The notes under the pieces are model-generated. The model made no database searches, was not told the DNA's origin, and saw only the letters and a program-made list of their open reading frames with translations. The translations under genes were made by a program, and so were the position numbers. Positions 44,259 through 64,000 of a stretch of 64,000 bases of DNA are shown here, in pieces. Where the stretch lies: NCBI RefSeq assembly GCF_009914755.1, contig NC_060931.1; one strand, 5' to 3'. This DNA is from the human T2T-CHM13v2.0 reference genome, Homo sapiens. How positions within the stretch are numbered: the first letter of the stretch is position 1; the number at the start of each line of letters is the position of its first letter.

Positions 44259-44450
44259 TCAAAAGGGAGCAGTGGGCTGGGTGTGGTGGCTCACACCTGT
44301 TATCCCAGCACTTTGGGAGGCCGAGGTGGGCAGATCACCTGAGGTCAGGAGTTTGAGACCAGCCTGGCCAACATGGCAAAACCCCATCTCTACTAAAAAT
44401 ACAAAAATTAGCCGGGCGTAGTGGTAAGCACCTGTAATCCCAGCTACTCA

Positions 44451-44555
<105 letters not shown>

Positions 44556-44912
44556 TCAAAAAAAAAAAAGTGCATATATGTGTGCATGCAACAGAATACA
44601 GAATATTTATTTCCAGAGGAACCCTGACTTCTCCAGCCTCCTCGGTTTGTCCTTCTTTGTGGGCATGAATTACGCAGCTGCCTATAGATGTCACCAGAGG
44701 AAGGCACATCAGAGGGAATAAAAATCCCAGGGTGAGAACCACAGCACCGTGGCAGAGGGCACAAGCATGAGTGGAAAGGCCCTGTGTCAAACACAGAAGA
44801 GGGCTTTGTTTTAAATCAAGACATCTTGGCAAGGCCTAATGGCTCACACCTGTAATCCCAGCATTTTGGGAGTCTGAGGTAGGCTTGAGCCCAGGAGTTA
44901 GAGACCAGCCTA

Positions 44913-45113
<201 letters not shown>

Positions 45114-45637
45114 CTAAAAAAAATAAAATAACATAAATAAAATAAAATAAAGTAAATTAAAATAAATAAATAAAATGAAGAAATAAAATAAAATAAAAAC
45201 ATCAGTCCACAGAACCCAAATCTTCACCCAAGGTAGAGTGACAACCTTACTAAAACAAATATTGTCATCAGCAACTGAACTAAACATGGTCCAAGGGAAG
45301 AGTGAATGAGGAAAGATTTGGTTATGCTCAGGGATTTGGACTAGTTTAACTGAGGTCAAATTTTTTCAGATTTTTCTTTTCAAAAGCTGGTTCTGGAGCG
45401 GAGTTCAGGAGCATGTTCTTCATAAAAAGTCTCTTTGTGGGTCGGCCCTGGTGGACGGGATTTCATTAATCTCACCAACCTCATTATCCAACATGCTGAA
45501 TATGTAGCATCGATCAATGAATGAGATCCTCGGTCTCATGAAGTCAGCTTTCTGGGGAAGGAGAAAAGAAACACAAATAAACAAGGAAATAAACACCCAA
45601 GGTGGAAACAAGACGGCGTGAGGGTCAGGTTCCTTGA

Positions 45638-45871
<234 letters not shown>

Positions 45872-46200
45872 TGACCTCAAGTGACCCACCCGCCTTGGCC
45901 TCCCAAAGTGCTGAGATTAGAGGTGTGAGCCACCACACCCAGCCGAGCTCACGTTCTTGAGTCACCCTCTGTCCTTTATAGAGAAGCAGTTTGGAGATTT
46001 CGTCCTGTGTGTCTGAGGCCGGGTGCTATGGCTCACGCCTGTAATGCCAGTAATCTCAGCACTTTGGGAGGCTAAGACGGGAGCATTGCTTGAGCCCAAG
46101 AGTTTGAGGTCAGCCTGGGCAACATAGTGAGGCTCTATCTCTTCAAAAAATAAAAAATTAGCCAGGTGTGGTGGTGCATGTCTGTGGTCCCAGCTACTCA

Positions 46201-46368
<168 letters not shown>

Positions 46369-47219
46369 TCAGCTTATTTTCAACCTGAAAGCCAACTAAC
46401 TCTCACAGGGGAATACTGTATGTGGTGATTACTGCAGTGTGTGTTTGTGTGTTAAAGACTGCTTTGTCATGCAGACTACAGCTCCAGCCTCACCTCGCTG
46501 TAATTTACTGTGGATATTTTGCATTATGTAGGCAGCACCTTGTACCCAACAGAAAAGTTGGTGGGCGGGGCAGGGGAGGGAGGTGGGTGGGGTCCAGCCC
46601 CAACCCAGGTGTGCTATAAACTGGCTGACCTCAGATGAACCTTGTTATATTGCTGAGCCCAGGTTTTCTCAACTACAACCATAATAATAAGACTTTGCCT
46701 CTAAGTTGAACATGGGGAATAATGACCGTATGAAAATATAGACTCAGCCTGGGCAACGTCGTGCGACACCTGTCTCTGCCACAAATTTAAAAATTAGCCA
46801 GGCACAGTGGCTCACGCCTGTAGTCCCACTGCTTGGGGAGGTAGAGGCAAGAGGAATGCTTGAGGCAAGGAGTTTAAGACCAGCCTGGGTAACATAGCGA
46901 GACCCCATCTCTACAAAAAAGTTAAAAAGTTAGTGAGGCGTGATAGCATGTGCCCGTAGTCCCAGCTACTTGGGAGGCTAAGGCAGGAGGATCGCTGGAA
47001 CCCCAGAAGTTCAAGGCTGCAGTGAGCTATAATCGCACCACTGCACTCCAGCCTGGGTGACAGAGCAAGACTATGTTGCCTCTGCTGGTCTCGAGACACC
47101 CTTGTAGTCTGCTGCCTACTGCATGTAGGATGTAGTTACATTGATAATCTTCATTGTTTTACAGATGGGGAAACCGAGGCTTGAATGATTTACCCAAAGT
47201 TAGCAAATGGTAGAGCTGA

Positions 47220-47747
<528 letters not shown>

Positions 47748-48684
47748 TAAACATAGTTGCTCTTAGCATATGGTTCTCAATTGATGGGGGTGTGTGTGTG
47801 TGTGTGTTTGTGTGTGTTCTCTCTGGAAAAGTTTTCTCTGGGAGAAAATTCTAGATTTCACTGTTTTACATTTCAAAGTTGCCAGTTTGTTAAAAAATCA
47901 GGCTGAGAAGGAACACGTTAGGACAAAAATGTGAAAGACTGTCATTAAAGCAAGCAAGACCAAGGATGGAATTTTACAGACTTTGCAGAGAATTCTTGGA
48001 TCAACCTATGGACGCGGTGGCTGGTTTTAACAGGAGCTGCAAAGAGTCTAATCCCTTTCGTCACAAATGCATCTGGGGACAGAGCCTGATTTCCTGCTGC
48101 CCTTGGGGGACTTTTTAACCATTTTTTTTCTCCAAGTTTAGAGTATACATCAAATCCCAGGTCCACACTGACCCCTACTCTGGGCTGGAAGGGCCTGACC
48201 TCTCCCAAGAGAGTGGGGGTGGAAGAGAAGCTGGGAAATACAAAGTCATTTGATGGATGTGACACTGGGCACAGGTTGACCATCAAGCCAGGGAGGAGGC
48301 CTTTATGCCCGAAAGCCCCTGAGCCTGTTCCAGGGATGGGGTGAACCACTCCTCTACCCACCCAGGCTTGCCTAGGTGTGTCGTGTGCCAAGGAAGCTTC
48401 AGGGAAGAGAGAGGACAGAGAGGGGTTGGATGTCTAAGAGTCGTTTAGTAAAGTGAACAGAAAGCGAATGTTCCAGTCTGGGAAAGTAAAATCACATGAA
48501 AGAGGAAAGCGGATTGTCATAGAAGGTCGAGGCCCGGGCTAGGGAAGGGAAAAACCACATGCTCAAAATCCTGGTCAATGCGTGTCCACCTTAATGGGAG
48601 AGAAGCACCTTCCTCCATTGTGGGGCCAGGGCAGGGCCAGAGCCCCGGCTGGGAGTGGATCCTACACTTGCTTTTTTTTTTTTT

Positions 48685-51646
<2,962 letters not shown>

Positions 51647-51828
51647 TCAAGACCCAAGGAAAATTGCCCGTTAAAATTTTTTAAAATAATCTTTTAAATA
51701 AAAAATTTAAAAGAGAAACACCCATGTATCGTGTACATTGAACGGTGCCTGGCACCTGCTCAGCTTTGAATCATTTCTCCCGTGATGTTGCCATCAAATC
51801 TCCAGGGAAGGGGAAGCAGGCACCATCA

Positions 51829-51847
51829 CGGCCACCAGGGGGCGCCG
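51829..51847 (+). promoter_or_regulatory. CTCF binding motif
   Basis: CGGCCACCAGGGGGCGCCG contains the consensus core CCACCAGGGGGCGC, in non-repeat CpG-retaining DNA. Confidence 0.8.
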
Positions 51848-52353
51848 CTGCCACAGCTCTGAGTCTCGGCTGGGCCGGGCTGGCATCTCCACCGCCCATC
51901 ACCTCCCACCATTGTCCCCCTCCGTTTTCAGGCCGGGCCTCCACTTTCTCATGTCACCCACTCTGCTATTACTCCATGCTCCCATCCTTCCTACGTCCTT
52001 ACTTTCACCCAGGATGAGAAAGTGCCCCACCGTGTCCAGGCCACATCACCTTGTCCCATGACCTATGTCCCTTCCCTCCCCAAGGGAAGCTTCAGCCCAT
52101 ACCTTGCGCCATTTACCCGGCCCAAGGGCTCTCCCTGCGCAGGTAATGACCTTGTCCCTTTTCCCTCTGGATGGTTTCTCTGAAGGTCAGGTGAGGTCAT
52201 GTGTGGGGAAGTCCCTCAGAGACAAACACTGGGGTCTGGTGCAACAGCTCACCCCTGTAATCCCAACACTTTAGGAGGCCAAGGCAGGAGGATCGTTGGA
52301 GGCCAGGAGGAGTTCAAGACCACTCTGGGAAAAATGGCAAGATCCCATCTCTA

Positions 52354-52542
<189 letters not shown>

Positions 52543-52989
52543 TCAGCCAGGTGGGGTGATGCAAGCCTATAATTGCAGCACTTTGGGAGGCTGAGGCAGG
52601 AGGATTGCTCGAGGTCAGGAGTTCAAGACTAGCCTGGGCAACATCTCTACAAAAAAATTTAGAAATGAACCAGATGTGGTGGTGGGCACCTATAGTCCCT
52701 GCTACTCAGGAGGCTGAGGTGGGAGGATCACTTGAGGCCAGGAGTTCAAGGCTGCAGTGAGCTATGATTGCACCACTGCACTCCAGCCTGGATCACATAG
52801 TGAAACTGTGTCTCTAAAATCAAACCAAACCAAACCAAACCACAGCCCAGAGCTGGTGACAGGGTTGGGACAGCTGCAGTGAGCCTCAGGCCAGGGGCCC
52901 ATGCCTTCCTCAGGAGCTCTGAGGAGTCCTTCCTGGTCAGAACACACTCCAGGAATTGCACTTTTCCAGCAGGGCTGGAGAGGTGTCCA

Positions 52990-53270
52990 CAGGCCTGAGC
53001 AGACCCGCCCCTGGGAGAGAGGCCTGTGGACACCAAGGCCAACTCTAAAGGGGGTAGCTGCATTTGTAGCCCAGCTCCTGGGCACTTACTAGGCCCGAAT
53101 GCGGGCTCCGCGTGGCCAGAGAATTGGAAAATGCAGAATTTTTTTTCCACAGGAAATCTCCAAATGTTTGAATATTGGCAGTTAGTTACAATTATTTTCA
53201 AACTCTTCATGGGCCAGTCAAGGCAATCTACAGCCGGGCTTGGCCTGTGGGTACCATTTTGCAGCCTCTG
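52990..53270. mobile_element. MER102-like hAT-Charlie relic
   Basis: End GGCCTGTGGGTACCATTTTGCAGCCTCTG and internal GGAAATCTCCAAATGTTTGAATATTGGCA resemble the recalled consensus. Boundaries approximate. Confidence 0.45.
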
Positions 53271-53863
53271 ATGGAAGCTTCTTGAAGACACTGGTCAATG
53301 CTAATGGTCAATACCTTGCAGCACTGATCACAGGGATAACCTGAGTTTTAAGCTGCCTGGGTGATCTTTATTTTATTTTTATTATTAATGTTTTAATTTT
53401 TTTTTAGGGGCAGGGTCTTGCTCTGTTGCCCAGGCTGCAGTGCAGTGATGTTATCATAGCTCACTGCAGCCTTGACCTCCTGGGCTCAAGCAGTCCTCCC
53501 GACTCAGCCTCCTGAGTAGCTGGGACCACAGGCACTTGCAAACGTGCTAGGCTAATTTTTTAATTTTTGGGTGTGTGTGTGGCGGGGGTTGGGTCTCACT
53601 GTGTTGTCCAGGCTAGTCTCGAACTCCTGGCCTCAAGTAATCCTCCCTCCTCTGCTTCCCAAAGTGCTGGGATTATAGACGTGAGCCACTGTGCCTGGCT
53701 GAGCTTCACTCCTTCTCATGGAAGACTTTTTGTCTGAGCATTGATAGACACTTGGTAACCCCATTATAGTGTGGGCACTGGGCTCTTATAAGCAGGGGGC
53801 ATCATATACTCTCCTTGGTCACCAGGATGACATTTCTGGGTGCACATAAGAAATGTCAACTGC

Positions 53864-54161
53864 GCTGGGTGTGGTGGCTCATGCCTGTAGTCCCAGCTAC
53901 TTGGAAGGTTGAGGTGAGGAGATCGCTCAATCCCAGGAGTTTGGCATTCATTGGTGACCTCCCAGAAGCAGGGGACCACCAGGTTGCCTAAGGAGAGGTG
54001 AACCGGTCCAGGTCAGAAACAGAGCAGGTCAAAACTCCCGTGCTGATCAGCAGTGGGATTACACCTGTGAATAGCTACTGCACTCCAGCCTGAGCAACAT
54101 AGTCTCTATTTAAATTAATATAATATAATATAATATAATATATATAATATAATATAATATA
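53864..54161 (+). pseudogene. Second 7SL retrocopy, with an internal deletion and a (TAATA)n tail
   Basis: S-domain text GGTGACCTCCCAGAAGCAGGGGACCACCAGGTTGCCTAAGGAGAGGTGAACCGGTCCAGGTCAGAAACAGAGCAGGTCAAAACTCCCGTGCTGATCAG. 18-bp TSD ataagaaatgtcaactgc (53846-53863) / ataataaaggtcaactgc (54162-54179). Confidence 0.9.
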
Positions 54162-54757
54162 ATAATAAAGGTCAACTGCAAATTGCACACTGATTCTTCA
54201 ACCACCCCAGGAAAGGCCGACCTCACACTGCATGTGGATGGCGTGACAGTCCTGAATGTGGGGAAAGAGAGCTTGTCCTCGCAGCTACGTCAACAGAAGC
54301 CAGAGACTGGGGCCAAGAAGAAAGACCCTGCGGGGTTGGGCTGGAAAGTCCTGGACGCCCAGCTCTTCACACCCACTCAGTGCATGTGATCACAGCTGTA
54401 GGATCTAGAATAGTTGCACTTGACAGATGGCCTCTGAAGGTGTTGAAATGGGGCTTCCCGTGGCCAACTGATACCTGCATGCAGTAAGAAGCCAGGTGCT
54501 GCCACCACCCTCCCCCTGTTTGTATCCAGGGGATGGGAATTCTTGTGGAGGTCCCGGTTTGTCTTTGCTTCCGACCCCAAGCAGGCAGCTGGATCAAGCT
54601 GTCCTGAGAAGGTGATCCATCTCCCTAGCTGGGTGTATGCAATGCTGAATGCAGCTATCCCAGACACATTTATTCCATATACACCCCCCTCCCCAAATTC
54701 CATGGAATGAACGAAGTCAGATTTCAACAAGGATGACTACAGCCCAGGGCGAAATAA

Positions 54758-54943
<186 letters not shown>

Positions 54944-55465
54944 TAGCTGGGATTACAGGCGTGCATCACTATGCCCGGCTAATCTTTGTATTTTTAGTAT
55001 AGATGGGGTTTCACCATGCTGGCCAGGCTGATCTCAAATTTCTGAACTCAAGTGATCCACACGCCTCGGCCTCACAAAGTGCTGGGATTACAGGTGTGAG
55101 CCACTGTGCCCAACCGCCAAACTCGATCTCTATCTCTCTCTCTCTCAGAGTCTCTCTCTGTCACACACACACAAACACACACACACGCACATACACACAG
55201 AGATACCCATGATATACACACAACCCTCATTTTTCACCATTTGGAAGTTCGATGTCCAATTGAGAGCAGTGACTCCCCTTGCCAATTCCAGGAAATAAAA
55301 CTAAGCACAGATTGCCAGCTCACTGCGTGTCCGTGGCCTCATGTCTTTTTGGGAAGTGGCCTCTGTCTCTGGAGCAGGGAGAGCATACAAAGTGTTTCAC
55401 TTCACTGGGCATTGTGGCTCATGCCTGTAATCCCAGCACTTTGGGAGGCCAAGGTGGGCAGATCA

Positions 55466-56026
<561 letters not shown>

Positions 56027-56390
56027 TTAAAAAATACAAATCAACTGGACGCAGTGGCTCACATTTGTAATCCCAGCACTTTGGGAGGAAGAGGCAAGAG
56101 GGTTGCTTGAACCCAGGAGTTTAACACCAGCCTGGGCATCATAGTGAGCGTTCATCTCTCCAAAAAAAAAAAAAAGAGCCAAGTGCGGTCCCAGTCACTC
56201 AGGGGGCTGAAGTGGGAGGGTCACTTGTGCCCAGAAGTTGGAGACTGTAGAGAGCTATGATTGCGCCACTACACTCCAGCCTGGGCGACCGAGCAAGACC
56301 CTGTCTCTAAAAAAATAAGAAAGAATAGTCTGGGTGCAGTGGCTCACACCTGTAACCCCAGCATTTTGGGAGGCCAAGGTGGGCAGATCA

Positions 56391-56660
<270 letters not shown>

Positions 56661-57054
56661 TCAGAGGGATTAGATTGCCTGCCCTGGGCCACAGAACTAG
56701 CTGTAATCATGGTCCCGAGTCTTTGTGTTGGGAGAAATATTAGTTTGGAAGCTCAGTTTCCTCCTCTGCCCCCCAGGTGGACCTGACCTGACTCATGTGT
56801 GCAAATGAAGGCATCTCCCTGCGTGCCCACATTTGTCGAGCCCTTTCTTTCCTTCCCCCTTCCTTTTAAAGATGTCTTGTCTTGGGCTGGGCGCAGTGGC
56901 TCACGCCTGTAATCTCAGCACTTTGGGAGGCTGAGGCGGGCGGATCACTTGAGGTCAGGAGTTCGAGACCAGCCTGGCCAAAAGGGTGAAACCCCGTTTC
57001 TACTAACAATACAAAAATTAGCCGGGCATATGGTGGTGCATGCCTGTAATTTCA

Positions 57055-57258
<204 letters not shown>

Positions 57259-57822
57259 CTAGGTAAAACCACTATAAATGTTTGCCTAGCGCCTTCCAGT
57301 GTTTTTCTGTACACACACAAATATGCACAGACCAAAAACTATATACTTTTAAAAATGTAAAGACTTTATTTGCCAGGTAGGGTTTTAGAAAGTTGAAACT
57401 AATTCATTCTCTAACCGTGTATGAGAGTATGTTCCTCCTGCACCTTCATCAAATATTCGTGTTCCTTTTGTTAAATTATGCATATGTTTTCCTAGTGCAG
57501 TTTCCCTTTTCTTGCATTAAGTGGCAGTTCTCTAATACTTTTTTTTTTTTTTTTAGAGACAGGGTCTTGCTATGTCACCCAGGCTGAAGTGCAGTGGTGC
57601 GATCATAGCCATTGCAGCCTTGAACTCCCAGGCTCAAGGGATCCTCTAGCGGCAGTGTCCCAAGTAGCTGGGACTACAAGTGCGTGTCACCATGCCTGGC
57701 TTCCTGATACTTTTTCTGCTTTCCTGCCCCAGATTTGCAATCCAGGCAGAAAGAAAATCTCCACTGGATCCCACGGACAAAGACGCCCCATCTTGGGGAG
57801 CTGGAGTCATGAATGTCAGTGT

Positions 57823-58115
57823 GCACACACACACACACACACACACGGAAAGAGAGAGAGAGAGAAAGCAAGAAAGAGAGAAGTAAGGAAGAAGGAGAGA
57901 GAAAGAAAGAAGAGAAAGGAAAGAGAAAGAGACAAAAGAAAAGGAAAGAGAAAGGAAGAAAGAAAAGAAAAAAAGGAAAGGGGGCAGAAGGAAGGAAGAA
58001 GGGGAAAGAAGAAAGAAAGGAAAAGAAAGAAAGAAAAGAGAAAGAGAGAAAGGAAGAAAGGAAGGAAAGAAGGAAGGAAGGAAGGAAAGAAGGAAGGCAG
58101 GCAGGCAGGCAGGCA
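57823..58115. repeat. (CA)n followed by a ~260-bp polypurine (GA/GAAA/GGAA/GGCA) tract
   Basis: Directly visible. Confidence 0.9.
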
Positions 58116-58242
58116 TGCAGTCCAGCCAGGCGCGGTGGCTCACGCCTGTAATCCCAGCATTTTGGGAGGCAGAGGCGGGTGGATCACAAGGTCAGGAAAT
58201 CGAGACCATCCTGGCTAACACGGTGAAACCCCGTCTCTACTA

Positions 58243-58497
<255 letters not shown>

Positions 58498-58789
58498 TTA
58501 CTTTGTTGGTTTTCTCCACCGGAATACTACATTGTGAGTTGCCACAGTTACTCACCTTTGGCTCTGCCTCAGTGGCGACCCATGGAGTGATGTTCCAAAT
58601 GCCTACTCTGCAAACAGTCCTGATTGTGCAGTGAGCAGCACTACAACTACATCAATGTAGTTGATTGATGGATGTCATTTAAAGACAGAAATGTGTGCAG
58701 AGGTGAGTGCAGAAGGGTGAAGGGGACTTCCAGGCACAAAACCTTGAGATCCATCCTAATCCTTCACCAACGACTCGAATTTTTTTTTT

Positions 58790-60245
<1,456 letters not shown>

Positions 60246-60484
60246 GGAATTTTTTTTTTTTTTTTGAGGTGGAGTTTCGCTCTGTCGCCCAGACTGGAGT
60301 GCAGTGACACGATCTCGGCTCACTGCAACCTCTACCTCCTGGGTTCAAGCGATTGTCATGCCTCAGCCTCCTGAGTAGATGGGATTACAGGCATGTGCCA
60401 CCACGCCCGGCTAATTTTTGTATTTTAGTAGAGATGGGGTTTCACAATTTTGGTCAGGCTGGTCTCGAACTACTGACTTTGTGA

Positions 60485-60727
<243 letters not shown>

Positions 60728-61918
60728 TAGTACAGACAGGGTTTCACCGTGTTAGCCAGGATGGTCTCGATCTCCTGACCTCGTGATTTGCCCACTTCGG
60801 CCTCCCAAAGTGCTGTGATTACAGGCATGAGCCACCACGCCTGGCTGGGGTTTTTTTTTTTTTTTAATAGGATAGATTATGTACATTTATTCAGGAAGAT
60901 ATAATATCAAATATCCTCTTCCATTGAAGTAAAAGTATCTATGTCTAGAACAGTCATCACAAACAGGCTTTTTAAAAAAAAAAAAAAAAAGAAAAGAAAG
61001 AAAGAAAGAAACAGGGACTCACTATGTTGTCCAGGCTGGTCTCAAACTCCTGGACTCAAGTTGTCTTCCCACCTCAGCCTCCCAAAATGTTGAGATTACA
61101 GGCGTGAGCCACAACACCTGGCATAAACAGGCTTTTTAAAATTTATACAGTATCTCTAGGCACAATTGAATGCTAATAGCAAACCAAAGCAACCCTTCAG
61201 ATTTACAAGCCTAGCCACAAATAGCAAAGAAGTGCTCTCAATATCCACCCCCCAGCCTATAAACTTGCTGTAATTCACAAAGAGAATCTGATGAAAGATG
61301 TCTACATTAATAACAATAATATCTAGAATTTATTGAGTGCTTCACTGCATGTCAGATACTGGGCATCTATTGCATGGAACAGCTTCTATTTTTATCTATT
61401 TTATGAATGGACTCTCTGAAGCTCAATGGCTATTAAAGAGGAGTTAAATGGCTATTCGGTGTCCTGGGGTTGGTAAGTGGCTGAGAAGAGGCTGAGCCTG
61501 GGCAGTGTGAGCCCCGGGCCTGTGCTTTTAACCACGTCCCTGTGCTGTCTATTGAGGTGACCCATTCCCTGGTATCCTGTGGTCTTTGCACCAGGGAGGA
61601 GGACCTGGGAGTCTGGAAGCCCCACTGTGGGCCTGGATAGGCTTACCTGCCTTCTCAGCCTCAGTTTCCTCATCTGAAAGGAGGGTGGGTCAGAGTGACC
61701 TTAGAACATATTGGCCCTGACACCCCCTAGGACCCTCCAATTTTTTGCTTTTTTTTTTTTTTTTAGATATGGGGGTCTGGCTATATTGCCCAGGATGGTC
61801 TCGACCTCTTGGCCTCAAGCAATCCTCCTGCCTCGGCCTCCCAAAGTGCTGGGATTACAGGAATGAGCCACTGCGTCCAGCCAACCCTCCACATTTTGGG
61901 GTGAGAGCCAACCCCTCA

Positions 61919-62233
<315 letters not shown>

Positions 62234-63006
62234 TCAAGAGGCTGAGGCAGGAGAATTGCTTGAACCTGGGAGGTGGAGATTACAGTGAGCCAAGATCGTG
62301 CTACTGCACTCCAGGCTGGGCAACAGGGCGAGACTCTGTCTCAAAAAAAAAAAAAAAAAAAAAAAACCCAAAACACCAAAAACCCAAACCAAGCTGGAGA
62401 GGCATCCTTGGAGTCTGGGGATGAGCGAGGCATCCTTAGAAATAGGCCAGGGAAGGAGGGAAGGAAGCCCCACAGTCACAGTGAGGGCCGATTCCTTTGC
62501 CAGCCTGTGTGTCCATGCACTGGACCTGGGGACAGGAAATATAATCTTGGCCACACACCAGGTGCTGACTTGCACTGCTGCCCTGCCCGGGAGGCCCCCC
62601 AAGCCTAAATCAAGCCCAACACCCAGTCTGGAATTGGACCTTATGGAAGGCAAAGGCATTCTCGGTTTAATCAAGAAAAGTGGATACCTGGACCTCACTG
62701 CCACCTCATTGAGCTAATGCTTTAAAAACAGGAGTGAGGTTCACCACCAGCCCTTGGGGAGGATTGGGAAAAGGCTTCTTGCCTCATCATTACGGCTCCT
62801 TTCAAATGAAGCTTGGGATATTCACCCCGGGAAGGAGTCGTGCCTGGAAATAGGAGGAGTGCCTCAGACAGCAGGTCTCAGGGTCAATGGGGGGCCCTTC
62901 TGTGGAACCCAGAAAGAATGCATCTGGCCGGGCATGGTGGCTCATGCCTGTAATTTCAGCACTTTGTGAGGCCGAGGCAGGTGGATCCCTTGAGGCCAGG
63001 AGTTCA

Positions 63007-63231
<225 letters not shown>

Positions 63232-63496
63232 CTAAAGCATCTAATCAACAGGTCAGAGAACTTACAGAGAACCCTCATTTGTGATGTTTCACATTTTGTT
63301 AAAAATTTTTTAATCGATTATATATTTTTCTGAGATGGGGTCTTGCCATGTTGCCTAGTATGGCCTCAAACTCCTGGGCTCAAGTGATCCTCCTGCTTCA
63401 GCCTCCCAAGGGGCTGGAATTTCAGGTGTAAGCCATTGTGCCTGGACACATGTATCATTTCTTCATGTTACATACATTCCAGTTATACTCTTTTAG

Positions 63497-63955
<459 letters not shown>

Positions 63956-64000
63956 TAGACTTCAGGAGCCCTTTTTATTTTTTATTTTTATTTTTATCTT

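Noticed and set aside
57589-58218. Longest ORF (209 aa, K/E/R-rich) and overlapping ORFs
   Set aside because: They are open only because the polypurine tract lacks stop codons; both ends are Alu.

Overview
This is primate, almost certainly human, genomic DNA with very high Alu density. It is not prokaryotic, and nearly all ORFs in the six-frame track are Alu or low-complexity artefacts. Two genes lie on the minus strand. The first is a disabled CCZ1 copy (exons 1-3 plus a CpG-island promoter) whose coding exon 2 is split by an AluY that adds a premature stop. The second is an intact 4-coding-exon oncomodulin (beta-parvalbumin) gene with Q20/S42, the OCM2-type residues as I recall them, and a TATA-driven upstream non-coding exon. 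The pairing fits the duplicated CCZ1P1-OCM2 segment of 7q21.3; this placement is from recall, not a search. The rest is intergenic: Alus, L1M/L2/MIR fragments, MER51 and MER41 solo LTRs, DNA-transposon relics, two 7SL retrocopies, a 3'-truncated U6 retrocopy and two minisatellites. The most unusual structure is a ~304-bp inverted duplication of non-Alu DNA (35048-35351 / 35931-36235, about 98% identical). It cuts an Alu target-site duplication (TSD) and encloses POU4F/GFI1/SIX-like motifs ~14 kb upstream of the oncomodulin promoter.
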